This document shows, piece after piece, positions 38,372 through 52,466 of a DNA stretch of 64,000 bases (positions are counted from its first letter, which is position 1; the number at the start of each line of letters is the position of its first letter). This DNA is from Nageia nagi (taxonomy: Eukaryota > Plantae > Pinophyta). The position numbers and the translations under genes were made by a program. The notes below the pieces were generated by a model, which ran no database searches, was not told where the DNA came from, and saw only the letters and a program-made list of their open reading frames with translations. The DNA lies in assembly GCA_050084985.1 (NCBI GenBank), contig JBITNC010000002.1, positions 15,562,001 through 15,626,000 on the forward strand, written 5' to 3'.

Positions 38372-38830
38372 CTCCCCTTTAATGCAATACTAAGATAAAG
38401 CGAATAAGAGAGAAGAGAGAGAAAGTAAGAGAATTCTCTTTCAAATAGATACAATGAAGATGAAAACTTTTTACATATTTATAAAGTAAAAAAGATCTAG
38501 TTTGAGACTCACTACTTTGCCAAATACAATCATTAACTATAATCAGTTTCAATGCACATGAAGTAGTCATCCAATTGAAAGTCATGAAATGTCTCCAAGA
38601 GCTTGCATACCTGAGGTAAGTAATCTGCAATCTCAAAAGAACTTGTAATTCATAAGCAGCTCAAATAGGAAGATCAGTTAGATGCAACATATTCATCTCA
38701 TCAAAGATAAATGAATCACACAAATACCATCATAAATTGATCAATGGTGCACTATAAGTCATCATGAAGATACCATGCCAAAAACTTATAGTCATCTGCT
38801 GTATATAAAACATGTGTTGATTATCATTAC

Positions 38831-39154
38831 AAAATAGAACATGCACATACGAGTTTCTTATATATGGATAACTGAATAATGCCAAAAGATACATAAGAGT
38901 TTCTCACACATGGATAATTAAATAGTGCTCGATTGACCAAAATAGACCATGCACATACGAGTTTCTCACATATGGATAATTGAATAGTGCCAAAAGACAC
39001 ATAAGAGTTTCTCACACATGGATAACTAAACAATGCTGGATTGATCAAAATAGAGCATGCACATATGAGTTTCTCACATATGGATAACTAAATAGTGCTA
39101 AAAGACACATAAGAGTTCTTCACACATGGATAACTGAATAGTGCTAAATTGGCC
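38831..39154. repeat. 3 x 108-bp tandem repeat in the copia 3' untranslated region
   Basis: Units start at 38831, 38939 and 39047. Each has two copies of the core GAGTTTCTCACAYATGGATAACTGAATAGTGC. The outer element has one unit (36321-36423). Confidence 0.9.
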
Positions 39155-42100
39155 AATTTTTTGCTTTAAAAATTTATACAAGTTCTTTAAACAAAATGAA
39201 CTTATCACGAAAGTGTACAATAAAATCAACACTATACAATACAAAATCCTCCTAAGGGTGAAGTTATCATCACAAACATGAATTCAATACAAAAATTTAA
39301 ACTTCACTCCCTCTTAAGGGTAACTTCATTAACTCGATAGCATCCCTAAGCTTACAGAATTAAGCTTTTGAGAGGGGCTTGATGAATAAATCAATGACAT
39401 TTAAGGTGGATGGATAATACTTTAGGTGTATGATGTCATCAAAAACCTTCTACTTGGTAAAATAGGTATGGATTTTCACATGTTTTATTTTCTGATGGAA
39501 CATAGGATTCTTAACCAAAGAAATAACTGATTGATTATCTGAAAAGATCAAAGATGAGCCACCTTTCTCATATCTAATTTCTTTTAGAAGATGCCTTAGC
39601 AAAATGGCTTCTTGGGCTGTAACAAACATGGCATGGTATTCAGCTTCTATGGTGGAAAAAAAAATAGTAGGCTACTTCTTGAAAATCCAAGAGATAGCAC
39701 CTGAACCAATGCTAAACACATACACAAAGATTGACTTTCTATCATCTCTATCTCTCCTATAGTTAGAATTTGAGAATTTAAAGAGAACAAACGAGAGTAA
39801 CTTGAAATACTTGAGAGCAAAATCTTTAATCCTTGTAACATACCTCAAAATTTGCTTAATAACATTGAGGTGTTCAACATAAGATTTCTGCTTAAATCAT
39901 GCCATCAAATTCATTACAAAGGTAATATCTAGCTTAGATACAGTCAAATACAAAAGACCACCAATTAATTACTTGTAAGCTATAACATTAGCCAACTGAG
40001 AGTTGGAGCTTAGAGAAATAATGATTCTAGAAGAAACTGAAATTGCAGCATATCTACACTCTTCCATTCTAAACTTCTACAAGATGTATGATATATACTT
40101 AGATTGATTAAGATAAGTATAATCTTTGTATTAATACACTTGCATTTCAAGATAGTAGTGCAAGAGACCAAGATCAATCATTTCAAATGTTATCTTAAGT
40201 TTGTATATGCACTCTTGAATAATTTCATCATTATTCATAGTAATCAAAAGATCATCCACTTAAAAGAGAATCAAGACCACATCTTTTCTTTAATCAAGCA
40301 CATAAATCAAAATCAAAAAAACACTTGAAAAATCTAATATCTGCAAAGTACCCTAAAATCTTTCTATACTAGGTTTGAGATGCTTGCTTAAGTCCATACA
40401 ATGATTTCTTTAGCTTACACACAATGGACTTTTTACCTTTCATGATAAATCTTTCTGGTTGATTCATGAAGATTTCCATATCTAAATCACTATTGAGAAA
40501 TGCACTTTTAATTTCAAGTTGAAAAACTTTTCATTCTTGAGCTACAGAAAGAGCAAAGATAACTCTCATAGTAGGCATCTTTACCACAGGAGCAAAGGTT
40601 TCCTCATAATCTACATCGTATTTTTAAGCAAAAATTTTAGCTACTAACCTTACCTTTTATTTTTCAATATCTCAAATTGAATTGAACTTGACCTTATAGA
40701 CCCACTTATTACCAATCACATTATTTTCATTAAGATAAGAAACTAAGTTTCAAGTTTTATTTTTCATAAATGCCTCATACTCCATTTTCATGGCTTCCAT
40801 CCAGCACTCCTACTTTGAAGCTTTGTTGAAAAATGAGGGTTCATGCTTATTATCAATCTTGGCAAATAAGGATTTGTTCAAGGTCATGCTCCTTATTACC
40901 TTTTGAGTTAGAGAGTTTTATTTTTGAAGTGATTTGTCTACATCAATATCTAACCAGCTAGGAGCAACTAAAGAGTCCTCTAGATCATCAAATTATTAGA
41001 AGCAGATTTATCAAAAAGTTCATTGAACTTTACATCCTTTGAAATAAACATAACTTTATAGGATGAAAAGTAGAGCTTGTAGCCTCTATGTTGACTGTCA
41101 TAACCTATAAAGATGTATTTTTTAGCTTTTTTATCTAACTTCTTTTTCTTAAAAATAATGTAAGAGAATGCTTCACAACTAAACACCCTAAGGTGTGACA
41201 TGTTAGGTTTTATTCTTGACCATACTTCAAAAGGAATTTTACTCTGAATGGATTTTATGGAACACCTATTTAAGGTGCAAATAATAGTGCTCATAGCTTC
41301 ATCCCATAAAAATTTAGAAAGATTACCCAACATGCATCTAGCCATCTTCATAATTATTCAATTTTTCTTTTTAGCAATATCATTCTACTGAGGAGTGTAA
41401 AGAATTGTAAACTACCTCTTAATTCCATACTTAGCATAATAGTCATTGAATTTATTACTGCTATATTCTCCCCTATTATTTGATTTCAGCATCTTGATTT
41501 TAAGGTTAGTTTGATTCTCAACAAAAGCTTTAAAAATCTTAAAAATCTCAAAAGTTTTATCTTTGTGCTTAAGTAGATACCCAAAGGTCATTCTACTAAA
41601 ATCACCAATGAAGTCAAGACATAAGATGCTCCTCCAAGTGACTTAATCTAAAATGGACCTATCAAATTAGAATGCACAAGTTGAAGAGGTTGAAATGCTC
41701 TTGTTACCTTATCTTTTTTATTTTTTATCTATGCATCTTACCAAAAATGCACTTCTCGCATAGACCAATCGAAGGAGAAATTAAAGGTAAATCTTCCATA
41801 AGTTATTGGTCTTTCATAACTTGAATACTCTTATGGTTAAAGTGCCCTAAACGATGATGCTAAAGCTTACCTTTAGAACACATACTAAAAGCAAAACACA
41901 TATTTGATGGAACTTGATTCATAATGTAGAGGTTATTTTTCACAGATCCTTTAACCAAAATGGCAAGTCCTTTCTTAATGCACCTAGATTAAGAGTCGAA
42001 TTCAAAAGAGTACCCTTTTGGTAACTTGAATCATGGAGAAAAGGTTCATCCTTAACTTAAGAACATAGAGAACATTTTCAAAAATCTTTTTTATGAATCA

Positions 42101-45100
42101 ACACACTCTCAATTCTTTGGATTTTAAGGATGGAGTTATTTCCTATCATAACTGCATCTTTTTTATACTTATGAAGGTTCTCGAATTTTTTTTTCTGAAA
42201 GCATAAGTGATTAGTGCAACTGGATTTAACAATCCATTCAAATGAAAAAGAGTGAGATATGGAGTAGAGTGATGTAGTAAAACCAACATGAATATTCTTC
42301 TTTTCTATGAAGTTCTTTACATTTCCATTACCTTTGAACTTTTTCTCTTTTTTTTTGTAGCAATCAACTTCTTTGTGACCTTGAATGCCATAATAGGTTA
42401 CAATTACCATCAAACTTTTCTGTAGGATAAAAATTGTTTGCTTTACCTTTTCCATCTTTTTGCTTGAAGAGAGTGTTGTTACTGTTATTCCTGCTACTGT
42501 TGTTGTTGATCTTGTTCTTATCGTTGTTGCCATTATTTCTACTATTGATGTAGCCATTACCTCTTTTTTCAAACCTTTTGGAGGAAGAAAAATAAGATTT
42601 CTTTTGATGGTTGAACTTCTTTTTGAAAATATTTTTAGTTACTTCAAGAGCAATGTTATTATCTTTAGAAGAAAAAATTAATACCTTATTATTAAAGGTT
42701 TTCTCATGCTTCAATAGGTGCCTTGAAAGGTTCTCAAGGGAGAAGACTTCTTCATTATCAAGCTTTATTTTTATAATCATTACAAAATTTTTAAACTTTG
42801 AATAAAGGCTTTGAAAAATGATGAAGACCATGAACTCATCATTGATCCAATTAAACCCACAAGCAATAAGTTGGGTCCTTAGATCAATGATTTTATTTAA
42901 GTCGATAACCACATTCTCATCTTCTCCTTGATAAGATTAAAGTAACTTTTGGAGAATGGTAAACCTTGTTAAAAAGTTTGAACCAAGGTAGATTTGCTTA
43001 AGCTTCCAAGTTTTCTTTATCAAGGTTAAAGAGAAAATCATTGAGAGCACATCATCTGATATCGCATGATAAATCATAAAGGTTATCAACTCATTCTTTA
43101 TGTTGTAAACCTCTAGTACCTTCTCATTTATAAGAGGTACAAGGTTTCTGTTCACTATTTGCCAAAGCTTCTTTACCTACAATTCAACTCTCATTCGTGG
43201 TTTCCAAATTCTAAAGTTGGAACCATCGAGAATGTGTTTGGGTAAAAAGGATTCTCCTATTTGCTACATAAGAATGTGAAAAATAATAAGCATGTGGTTT
43301 AATAAATAATATTAAATATCAAGTTTTAGCCAAGTAAGTAATACATATTTCATTAACTAAGATATGCTTGATTTGATTCACATGTGCAAATATTTTATAA
43401 CTCAAATAATCTATGTACCCAAATATATTTTTCATCTTAAGAACCGTAAATGTAGAGTGACATTGTTGAGGTTTGTTTTCTTATCTAAAATTAGGCCTTC
43501 ACCTAGATGCCCACATAAGAGGAGCCCAAGTACTACCAATCCTCAACCAATTTGTCTTGATAAGTTTTATACTTTCTTACAAGGATAAGTACCTATTATT
43601 TTTTAAGGTTATGACATTTATTAGATCGATCAAATTATTAATCTTGATTAGATTTTAAGTTATCCTCTTAGGTTATCAAGATAATCTCTGAATGGACGTG
43701 CGAACATGTGGTATCACTACACATATGCCTATCAACCTATTGGAGTTATGTTCAAACCAACAAAGGACTTAAAGATAATTAAGAAGTACAAACTTTTCAC
43801 CACTTGGATTATCAAACTTAAAGGCTTCAATCTACCTATATTCACCTCATGGTTCCCCAAACAAGTCATGTTGCAAAATGTATGTGCGAATGTGTTCATT
43901 TTAAGGGGTTGCTCAAATCAATGTTTGTGTTTTTGTTTGCATAAGTAAATAAAGTAAAAAATAAAACATGAAGTAAAGAGCATAAATAAAACATCATCCA
44001 TCTATAACATGGAACTTTAAGAGTCCAATGGATTTTGTTTACTAACCCCTAGAGGACATCTTTACATAGGTCCATAAGTTTGCACAAGTTAACTTTGAAA
44101 AAAGATAAATGCTCATGCATTAATTCTATAATTTGCATAAGTTAACTTTGCATAAAGGATAAATACTTAACATGCATTTTTAATTCATAAGCATTAACTT
44201 AAAATATTTAAGTTTTTAAGCATTAAAAAAATGCATCATTAACTAAATAAGCATGCATCTTTTAACTTTAAAATTATAATTTAAGTTCTTAATCATGCAT
44301 TAACTTAAAAAAATTAAGCTCTAAGTACCAAGCAATGCATTATTTTTACAAGTATAAAAGTTTCTAAGTGATAAAAATGTATTTAAGCATAAAGGATCTA
44401 AATGTTTTAGTAAGAGATTCATAAATATCTCCCCCTTTAACTTAAATTTGATCCTTAATAATTGGATTATCACTTTAAAAAAATATCATAGTTAAAGAAA
44501 AAATTAATGCATATTGGCTAACAAAAGGTACCCTTTTCATGATTTTCTCCAAGTAAACAAGGTAGGAATTTAATAAGCCATCATGCTTTTTGACTTAAAA
44601 AATAGCACTTGAGAGGAAATGATAATGCATTTAATGCAAAGTTTCTCTAAGCACTCCAAAAAAAAACTTGAAAAGGACACAAGTCTTAAAAAATTGAGGA
44701 TGGATACCCATACCTCAAGTAAATGCAGAACATTTAAAGTTGTTTGTTTTCATATTCTAGGAATTTAAGAAGCTTATCATAATAAATTTGTTTACCAAGC
44801 AAAGAAGAAAAAAAAAAGATGAAACCTACCAACAAAAAAAATTAATGTCATAAGGTAAGTGAGGTAAAAAATAAGGGAGGCATTTAATGTTTAAAGGAGA
44901 TAAATGATTAAAAAAATATCATGCAAGGAGGAGGCATAGAGGAGGCTATGCGAAAGAGGCCACGTGTGGGAGGGCATAAGAGGATGGTGGTTGACAAGGA
45001 AGGAGGGCTTTGTTTGAGCAATAAGTAGGTCGAGGAGTGGTTGGGCACCATGAGAATAAAAAAGAAAGTGCAGGTTGAAGCATGGAGCTACATGATAGAG

Positions 45101-46104
45101 GGGTGGTCGAATCTGCGTAGCCCAAGACATGCAACAGTTTGCACAAAGGCTTACGTGGAGAACAACAGCCACAAGGGCCATCTCAACCCTTGTTTAGTTG
45201 CACCCCTCACAACCATGGAGGAAGAGCAAGCAGCAAAGTGAGGTGGTAGCCAATAAGGGAGAGACACATGATATGGAAAGAAAAAAAAGTTGCCAAGTGA
45301 AAAGTAATCCCTTCCAGAGATATCGAGGATCGATAAGCAAGAGGACCAATGCCACATCAGCCAACAAGAAAAAAAAACAAAAATTTTGAATAAAAGGTTT
45401 GAGACCACTAACTGCGTCAAAAGGGTAAAGGGTCAGTTAGGGTTGGAGGTGCAGTCTAGCAACGCCCACAAATACCAATTGCATTCAAAAAAATATTCTC
45501 AAAACATTTATTTTATTTTGCAGATTATTATAATATTATGAAAATATTTTCTAAATTTTGATATATATATATCTATTTATCTTGTAAAAAAAATGCTATT
45601 CCTTTTTTAAATCAAGCTTAAAAAACTTATAAAGAATATAATATATATCAACTCCCTTTTTTTTGTCTATTCTAAAAGAAAAAGCTTTCTATATTTGCTT
45701 TTAAAGAACCCCTTTTTTTAAAAAAAAAAAAAACCTTTTGTTTCAACACAAAATAGTTTATGAAATATTGAATTTTGTATACTAACCATAAATTATATAT
45801 GTATATATAGCAATTAAAAAAAATTACAACTAACATAGGAGGTTAGTATAACAAAAAAATACATTATTTTGCAATTTAGTTAGCCATATTTTGCCAAAAA
45901 GAACTAACACAGAAATTAATAAGTTAGTAGAAAAATGCAAAAAAAAAACTAAGGAAGAAATGTATACCTTCTCTTAGTTTTACCTCAACAAGAAGAGTAA
46001 ACTTCCAAAAATGATGAATAAGGATGAAGAACCTCTAAAAAGTTGAAGAGAATCTTTCACACCAAGGATGTGAAGAGGAGAAACCAAGGAGCTCTGATAA
46101 AAAA

Positions 46105-46599
46105 TTTAAGGAATTAACACTAACAAGATAATTTCTAAACAACCAAGATCTCTTAAAAGCTCACAATTACATCTAACAAACTCATAAAACAATCTCACAA
46201 CACAAGATGTAAGTGGCTCCTCCAACTAAGAGTACATCCACTAATTAGATTTTTACTTCAATCACAAATACAACTCTCTTACAATCCTCCTAATCTCATC
46301 TCTTACACTTCTATCCTATAGCATAACTTTACTCTACAATTGGTGTGTGATCACAAAGAGGGATCCTTCTATTTATAAGCCAAAATACTTCTTTGGATCA
46401 CTCTTTTATCCAATGTACAAAAGTATGGCATGCACATCCTTTTACCCAAGAGGCATGCTCATGACATAGAGTTTAAGATAAGTTACATTATCATATTCAT
46501 TTAAATACTTAAGGTATCAAATGATACCCTTAAGTATTAGTGAAATTACATAGAAGATTAATATAAAACCTTTACAATAATGCATTATACATTCCAACA
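46105..46599 (-). repeat. 5' LTR of inner copia
   Basis: Direct repeat of 37877-38371, adjacent to the PBS. Confidence 0.93.
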
Positions 46600-49500
46600 A
46601 GTTTTTCATAATCTACACATATTTTTGAGAAAAACCTTTGGCTACTAACCTTGCTTTGTATTTCTCAATATCTCCAACAGAATTGAACTTGACCTTATAT
46701 ATCCACTTATTGCCAATGATATTCTTCTCATTGGGATAAGGAACCAAATCCCAAGTATTATTTTTCATAAGTGTCTCATACTCCACTTTCATGAATTCCA
46801 TCTAACACTCATGCTTTGAAACTTCTTTGAAGGTTGAGGGCTCATGCTTGTTGTTAATATTGGTAAATAAGGATTTGTTCAAGGTCATGCTCCTTGTTAC
46901 CTTTTGAGTTGGAGACTTTTATTCTTGAGATGACTTGTCTAAATCAATATCTAACCAGCTAAATGCAACTGAAGAGTCCTCTAGATCATCAACATCTTCA
47001 TTAAAAGTAGATTCTTCAAGAAGTTCATTAAAATTTACATCCCTTAAAATAAATATGAATTTGTAAGATGGAGAATAGAGCCTGTAGCCTCTATGTTGAT
47101 TGATATAACCTACAAAGATGCACTTTTTTACTCTTTTTTCCAACTTTTTTCTTTTCTTAGAGATAATGTAAGAGAATGCTTCACAACCAAACACCTTAAG
47201 GTGTGAAATGTTAGGTTTTCTTTCTAACCATGCTTTAAAAGGAGTTTTTCCCTGAACAACTTTTGTGGGACACCTATTCAAGGTGTAAATATCAATGCTC
47301 ACAGCTTCATCCCATAAGAAACTAAGAAGATTATCCAACATGCATTTAGCCACTTCCATAATTATTCTATTTTTTCTTTCGATAACACCATTTTGCTAAG
47401 TGTAAGGAATCATAAACTACCTCTTGATTTCATACTTAGCATAATAGTTATTGAATTCATTGCTATTATATTTTCTCCCATTATCTGATCTTAACATCTT
47501 AATTTTAAGGTTAGTTTGATTCTCAACAAAGGTCTTAAAAATTTTAAAACTCTCAAAGGTTTAATCTTTGTGCTTAAGTAGATACCCAAAGGTCATCCTA
47601 CTAAAGTTATCGAAGGTCAAGACATAAGATGCTCTTTCAAATGATTTAGTTTGAAATATATCCATCAAATCTGAATGCACAAGTTGAAGAGGTTGAGATG
47701 CTCTTGTTGCCTTATCTTTTCAAATTTTTATTTATGTATCTTACTAAGAATACACTTCTCACATAGACCAATTGAAGGAGAAATTAAAGGTAAACCTTTC
47801 ACAAGTTCTTGATCTTTCATGACTTAAATACTTTTGTGGTTAAGGTGCCTTAAATGTTGATGCTAAAGATGACCCTTTTCTAGCAACTTGGATCACAGAG
47901 AAAAGGTTCATCCTAAGCTTAAGAATATAGAGCATATTTTCAAGAACCTTCTCGTGAATCAACACACTTCCAATACCTTGGAATTTAAGGGTAGAGTTAT
48001 CACTTATCATAACTACATCTTTTTTATACTTGTGAAAGTTTTTAAATTTTTCTTTTTCAAAGCATAAGTGATTAGTGCAACCAGAGTCAACAATCCAATC
48101 AGATGAAAAAAAGTGAGACATGGAGTAGAGCATCGTAACAAAATCAGCTTGAATATTCTTTTTTTTTTTTAAATTCTTTACATTTCCATTACCTTTATTC
48201 TTTTCCTCTCTTTTCTTTTTGTAGTAATCAACTTCTCTATGACCTTGGATGCCACAATAGTTACAATTACCATCAAACTTTTTCTTAGGATATGAATTAT
48301 TTATTTTACCTTTTCCATCTCTTTACTTGAAGTGGTTATTATTATCGTTGTTTCTATTCCTATTTTTGTTCCTATTATTGTCATTGTTGCCATTATTCTT
48401 GCTACAATTGTAGCCATTACCTTTTTTCTTAAACTTTTTGAAAAAATAAGGATAAGATTTTTTTGATGGTTGAATTTCTTCTTGAAAGGAGTTTTGGTTG
48501 CTCCAAGAGCAATGTTATTATCTTTGGAAGAAGAAATCAACACTTTTTTATTAAAGGTTTTATCATGCTTCAAAAGAAACCTAGAAAGGTTCTTAAGAGA
48601 GAAGACTTCTTCTTCATCAACAAGCTTTGTTTTCATAACCGTCATAAAGTTTTTAAACTTTGAAGAAAGGCTTTGAAGAATGATGAAGACTATGAACTCA
48701 TCATTGATCCAATTACATTCATAAACAACAAGTTGGGTCCTTAAGTTAATGATTTTGTTCAAGTAGATAGCCACATTTTCATCTTTCCCTTAACGAGATT
48801 GAAGCAACTTTTGGAGAATAGTAAACCTTCTTGAAAATTTTGAACTAAGGTATATTTGCTTAAGTTTATCCTAAAATTCCTTTACCAAGGTTGAAGAGAA
48901 AATAATCAAAAGCACATCATCTGAGACTGCACGAAAGATCATGGAGGTTGCTAACTCATTCTTTGTGTTGTAAGCTTCAAGTGCTTGCTCATCTATAGGA
49001 GTAACAAGGTTCTCATTCATTGTTTGCCAAAGCTTCTTTACCTACAATTCAACTCTCATGCGAGGTTTACAAATTCTAAATTTGAAACCATAAAGAATAT
49101 TTTTAGATAAAAAAAGAGTCTCCCATTTGCTACATAAGGATATGAAAAAGTAATAATCATGTGGTTCAATAAACAACAAAGTTTTAACCAAGTAAATAAT
49201 ACATGTTAAATTTAACACTAGAGATATGCTTGATTTGATTCATAAGTGCAAATGTTTCACCACTCAAATAGTATTCCAAGTACCCAAATACATTTCTCAT
49301 CTCAATAACCATAGATGTAAAATGACATTGTTGAGGTTTCTTTTCTTATCTAAAAATTAGACCTTCACCTGGATGCCCACACAAGAGGAGCCCAAGTACT
49401 ACCAATCCTTAACTAGTTCACCTTGGTCAGTGTTGTACTCTCACAAAGAGAAGTACCTACTATTTTTCAAGGTTATGACATTTATTAGTTTGACCAAATT

Positions 49501-51952
49501 ACTAATCTTGATTAGATTTCAAGTTATCCTCCTAGGTTATCAGGATAATCTTTGAATGGATGTGCAAACATGTGGTATCACTACACACATGCCTATCCAC
49601 CTATTGGAGTTATGTCTAGACCAATAGAGGACTTAGGAAAAATTGAGAAGTATGGACTTTTCACCATTTGGATCGTTGAACTTAATGGCTTTAGTCCACC
49701 TATCCTCACCTCATGGCTCCCCAAATAAGTCATGTTGCAGAATTTACATGAAGATGTGTTCATTATAGGGGGTAGCTCATTTCAATATTTGCATTTTTAT
49801 TTACAGAAGCAAATAAATCAAAAAAGTGAAAAATGAAGTAAAATATCATCCATTAAAAAAATTATAAACCTAAGTGTCCAATGGGTTTTATTTACTAACC
49901 TCTAAAAGATATCTTTACATCAATCCTTATTTTGCATAAGTCCATTCCATACTATGCAAAAAAAATTGGCATGTATCAATTAACTTCAAAAAAATGCATA
50001 ATTTAACTTAATAAATTTAAGTAAGATCATGCATCATTTAAAAAAATGTTATGTACTAAGCATGCATTAGATAAAATTTAAGTAAGAAATTTGTACAAAT
50101 TCCCCCTTTTTACTTAAAGTTTTATCCCTAAAGATAACGTAATAGTTTAACTTAGCTTTTTATCCTTAAAAGTATTTGCATGTTAAAAAAAAATTCAAAG
50201 TATACATCCATTACAAAGCAAGTCTCCCTTTTTTTTTATAAATCTTTTAGGTAATAAGGAATTATCAATAGATACTTAAGTATAAATATTATTTTGCCTA
50301 AGTGAAATAGCCATACTTAGAAGGCAAAAAAAATTATACTCCTAAAAAAAACTTTATATTTGCCACATTTTTCTAAAATATAGGAGACTATTTAAGAGTA
50401 ATGATGACAATTTTACTCGACATTAATGTATTTTTGGCCATCTACTCACTTTAAAGCAATTTTAAATGCAATTCATGATGGGCAAGTGCATACACACCAA
50501 TCCAATGCTTTAAATTTGGAGCCTACATTTTGCAAAAAGAGTTAATGCTTCCAAGTGCATTAACAAGATAAAAAAAATTGATGGCTCCCCTAGATTTTTA
50601 TGGAACGTGCAAGAAATCCAAAAAGTCATTAAATGATACTTGACTAAGTGAAAAAAAATTAATGGGAGGGGTGCAAGTTATATTTTTTAAAAGAAAAGGC
50701 AAAGTGGTTAGAAGGAAGAGGAGCAGAGGAAGTGGCAAAGGAGTCAAGGAGAAACTACACCAAAGGAATGGAGCAACCATGCCATAGGAGAGGAATCCAC
50801 TACCAAGGAGGAGACCCCTACCAAGCAAGATACCACCACTATGTAGGAGACCACCATTGCTAAGTAGGAGAGGGGAGGAGAACAGAGCGATCGCACGATT
50901 GGGTTGGTCTACGATGAGGAGAGGAGGGCAAAAAGTAGACAAAAAAATAATCAACTTCAACCTGGAGAGGGTGAGAGAGGTGCTACGAAGTGGGGAGCAT
51001 CGACCACGTAAGAGGAGAGTGGCCAAATGGAGGAAGAAGGATCTGCACACATGAGGAGCGAGGTACCATGCGTAGAGGAGAAACCAAGTAAGGCAAAGAA
51101 AGAGAGGGAGTTTGTGACCAATAGAGAGGAGCAACTGATAGTTAATGGCCACAAGGGCCTCTCAATAGATGTGCAAAGAGTGAAGGCCATGAGTGAAGAA
51201 TTCATAATCGATAGAAGAGGAAATAGATGCCATCGAGTGCGACACAGTTAGCAATAAGGGGGAACAGAGGAGGTGATTGATGCCATCAGATGTGGCACAA
51301 CCAACAACAAACTCCAAGCTTCTTTCTCTGCTAAACTTAACTATTATGCTTATAATGGAAAAGCCATGGCTTTGAAAAACATTTCTAACATTGGAGGCAA
51401 ACCAAGCTAGCTTCAAAGGTCCAAGCTTACAAAAGAACTACCCCAAAAAAAAATTCAACAACTTGTACATACTTAAAATGTTTTTGTGTGTGTGTGTGTG
51501 TATTTTAAAATATGTATTTATATTTTTTAATATTGTAAGAAGTTAGCATTTTTAACCAAAAAAAATACTAGCAATATTAACAATATACTAGTAATATCAC
51601 TCTCGTTTAAAAAAATATATATATTTTAATAAATATTTATCTAACATAGACTATGTTAGTATAACAAAAAAAATCTTACAAAGAACATAAACTAGAACTA
51701 ACATTAAATAATTCTTAGTGTATAGAAAAAATATCAACATATTGCTTCTTCTCAAGCAATTACAACTAACATGTCACTTGATCAATGTTAGTATTATTTA
51801 AAATATCTTCCAAAATAAAGGAAAGAAAATATACCTTGAAATGCTTTTACCTCACAAGAAGAGTAAACCTTCAAAGATGATGAATAGGATGGAGAACCTC
51901 CAAGTTCAAGATGAGTCTCCGAATCAAGGATGTGAATAGAAGCCTCCAAGGA

Positions 51953-51964
51953 GCTCTGATACCA
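51953..51964 (-). promoter_or_regulatory. Primer binding site complementary to tRNA-iMet
   Basis: Minus strand TGGTATCAGAGC, 2 nt from the 5' LTR. Confidence 0.93.
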
Positions 51965-51966
51965 AA

Positions 51967-52466
51967 TGAGAGAGTTGCAATATAAACTAAACAACTCTAT
52001 ACTCCCAAGATCACATGAAAGCTCACAATACACATCTAACAAACTCACAAATCAATCTCATAAAGATAACACAAGATGTAAGTGGTTCCTCCAACTAGGA
52101 GTACATCCACTAACTAGGTCTCACTTCTTTCACAAATATGAATCTCTTATAATTCTTCTAACTCATCTCCTAAACACTATCCTATAGCATAGCTTTACTC
52201 CACAAATTGGTGTGTGATCACAAAGAGGGAACCTTCTATTTATAGGCCAAAATCCTTCTTTCGATCACCCTTTTACCCAATGTACAAAAGCATGATATGC
52301 ACATCCTTTTACCCAAGGGGCATGCTCATGACATGGAGTGTAGGATAAGTTACATTATCATATTCACTTAAATACTCAAGGTCTCAAATGATACCCTTAA
52401 GTATTAGTGAATTTACATAGAAGATTATTATAAAATCTATACAATAATGCATTATACATTCCAACA
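51967..52466 (-). repeat. 5' LTR of outer copia
   Basis: Direct repeat of 35366-35865. Contains a minus-strand TATA box (ctatttatag on +). Confidence 0.95.

Larger units (their letters stand above)
37877..46599 (-). mobile_element. Full-length decayed Ty1/copia LTR retrotransposon (inner element, related family) inserted in the RT of the outer one
   Basis: 495-bp LTRs at 37877-38371 and 46105-46599. PPT ctcccctt at 38372. Decayed iMet PBS at 46091-46102. TSD GATTT/AGTTT, from ancestral GGTTT. gag-pol at 43260-39297. Confidence 0.95.
35366..52466 (-). mobile_element. Full-length decayed Ty1/copia LTR retrotransposon (outer element)
   Basis: 500-bp TG..CA LTRs at 35366-35865 and 51967-52466. 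TSD TTATC (35361-65, 52467-71). PBS TGGTATCAGAGC (51953-64). gag-PR-INT-RT at 49126-46600 and RT-RNaseH at 37876-36572 (LKKSLYGLKQAPRAW, LLYVDDLL). Confidence 0.95.

Noticed and set aside
38831-39154. CRISPR-like array or ORF 38827-39048
   Set aside because: The spacers are themselves repeated. It is a tandem repeat in a copia 3' UTR and the ORF is a by-product.
43155-43165. Programmed readthrough at a TAG shared by both copia gags (VEL*VKKLW)
   Set aside because: A CAG-to-TAG change at a methylated CHG site is common here, so parallel decay or an inherited defect is a simpler explanation.
50598-51416. Possible extra or env-like ORFs in the copia leader (also 44891-45420)
   Set aside because: Low-complexity CT-rich sequence, not conserved between the two related elements and with no recognisable domain.
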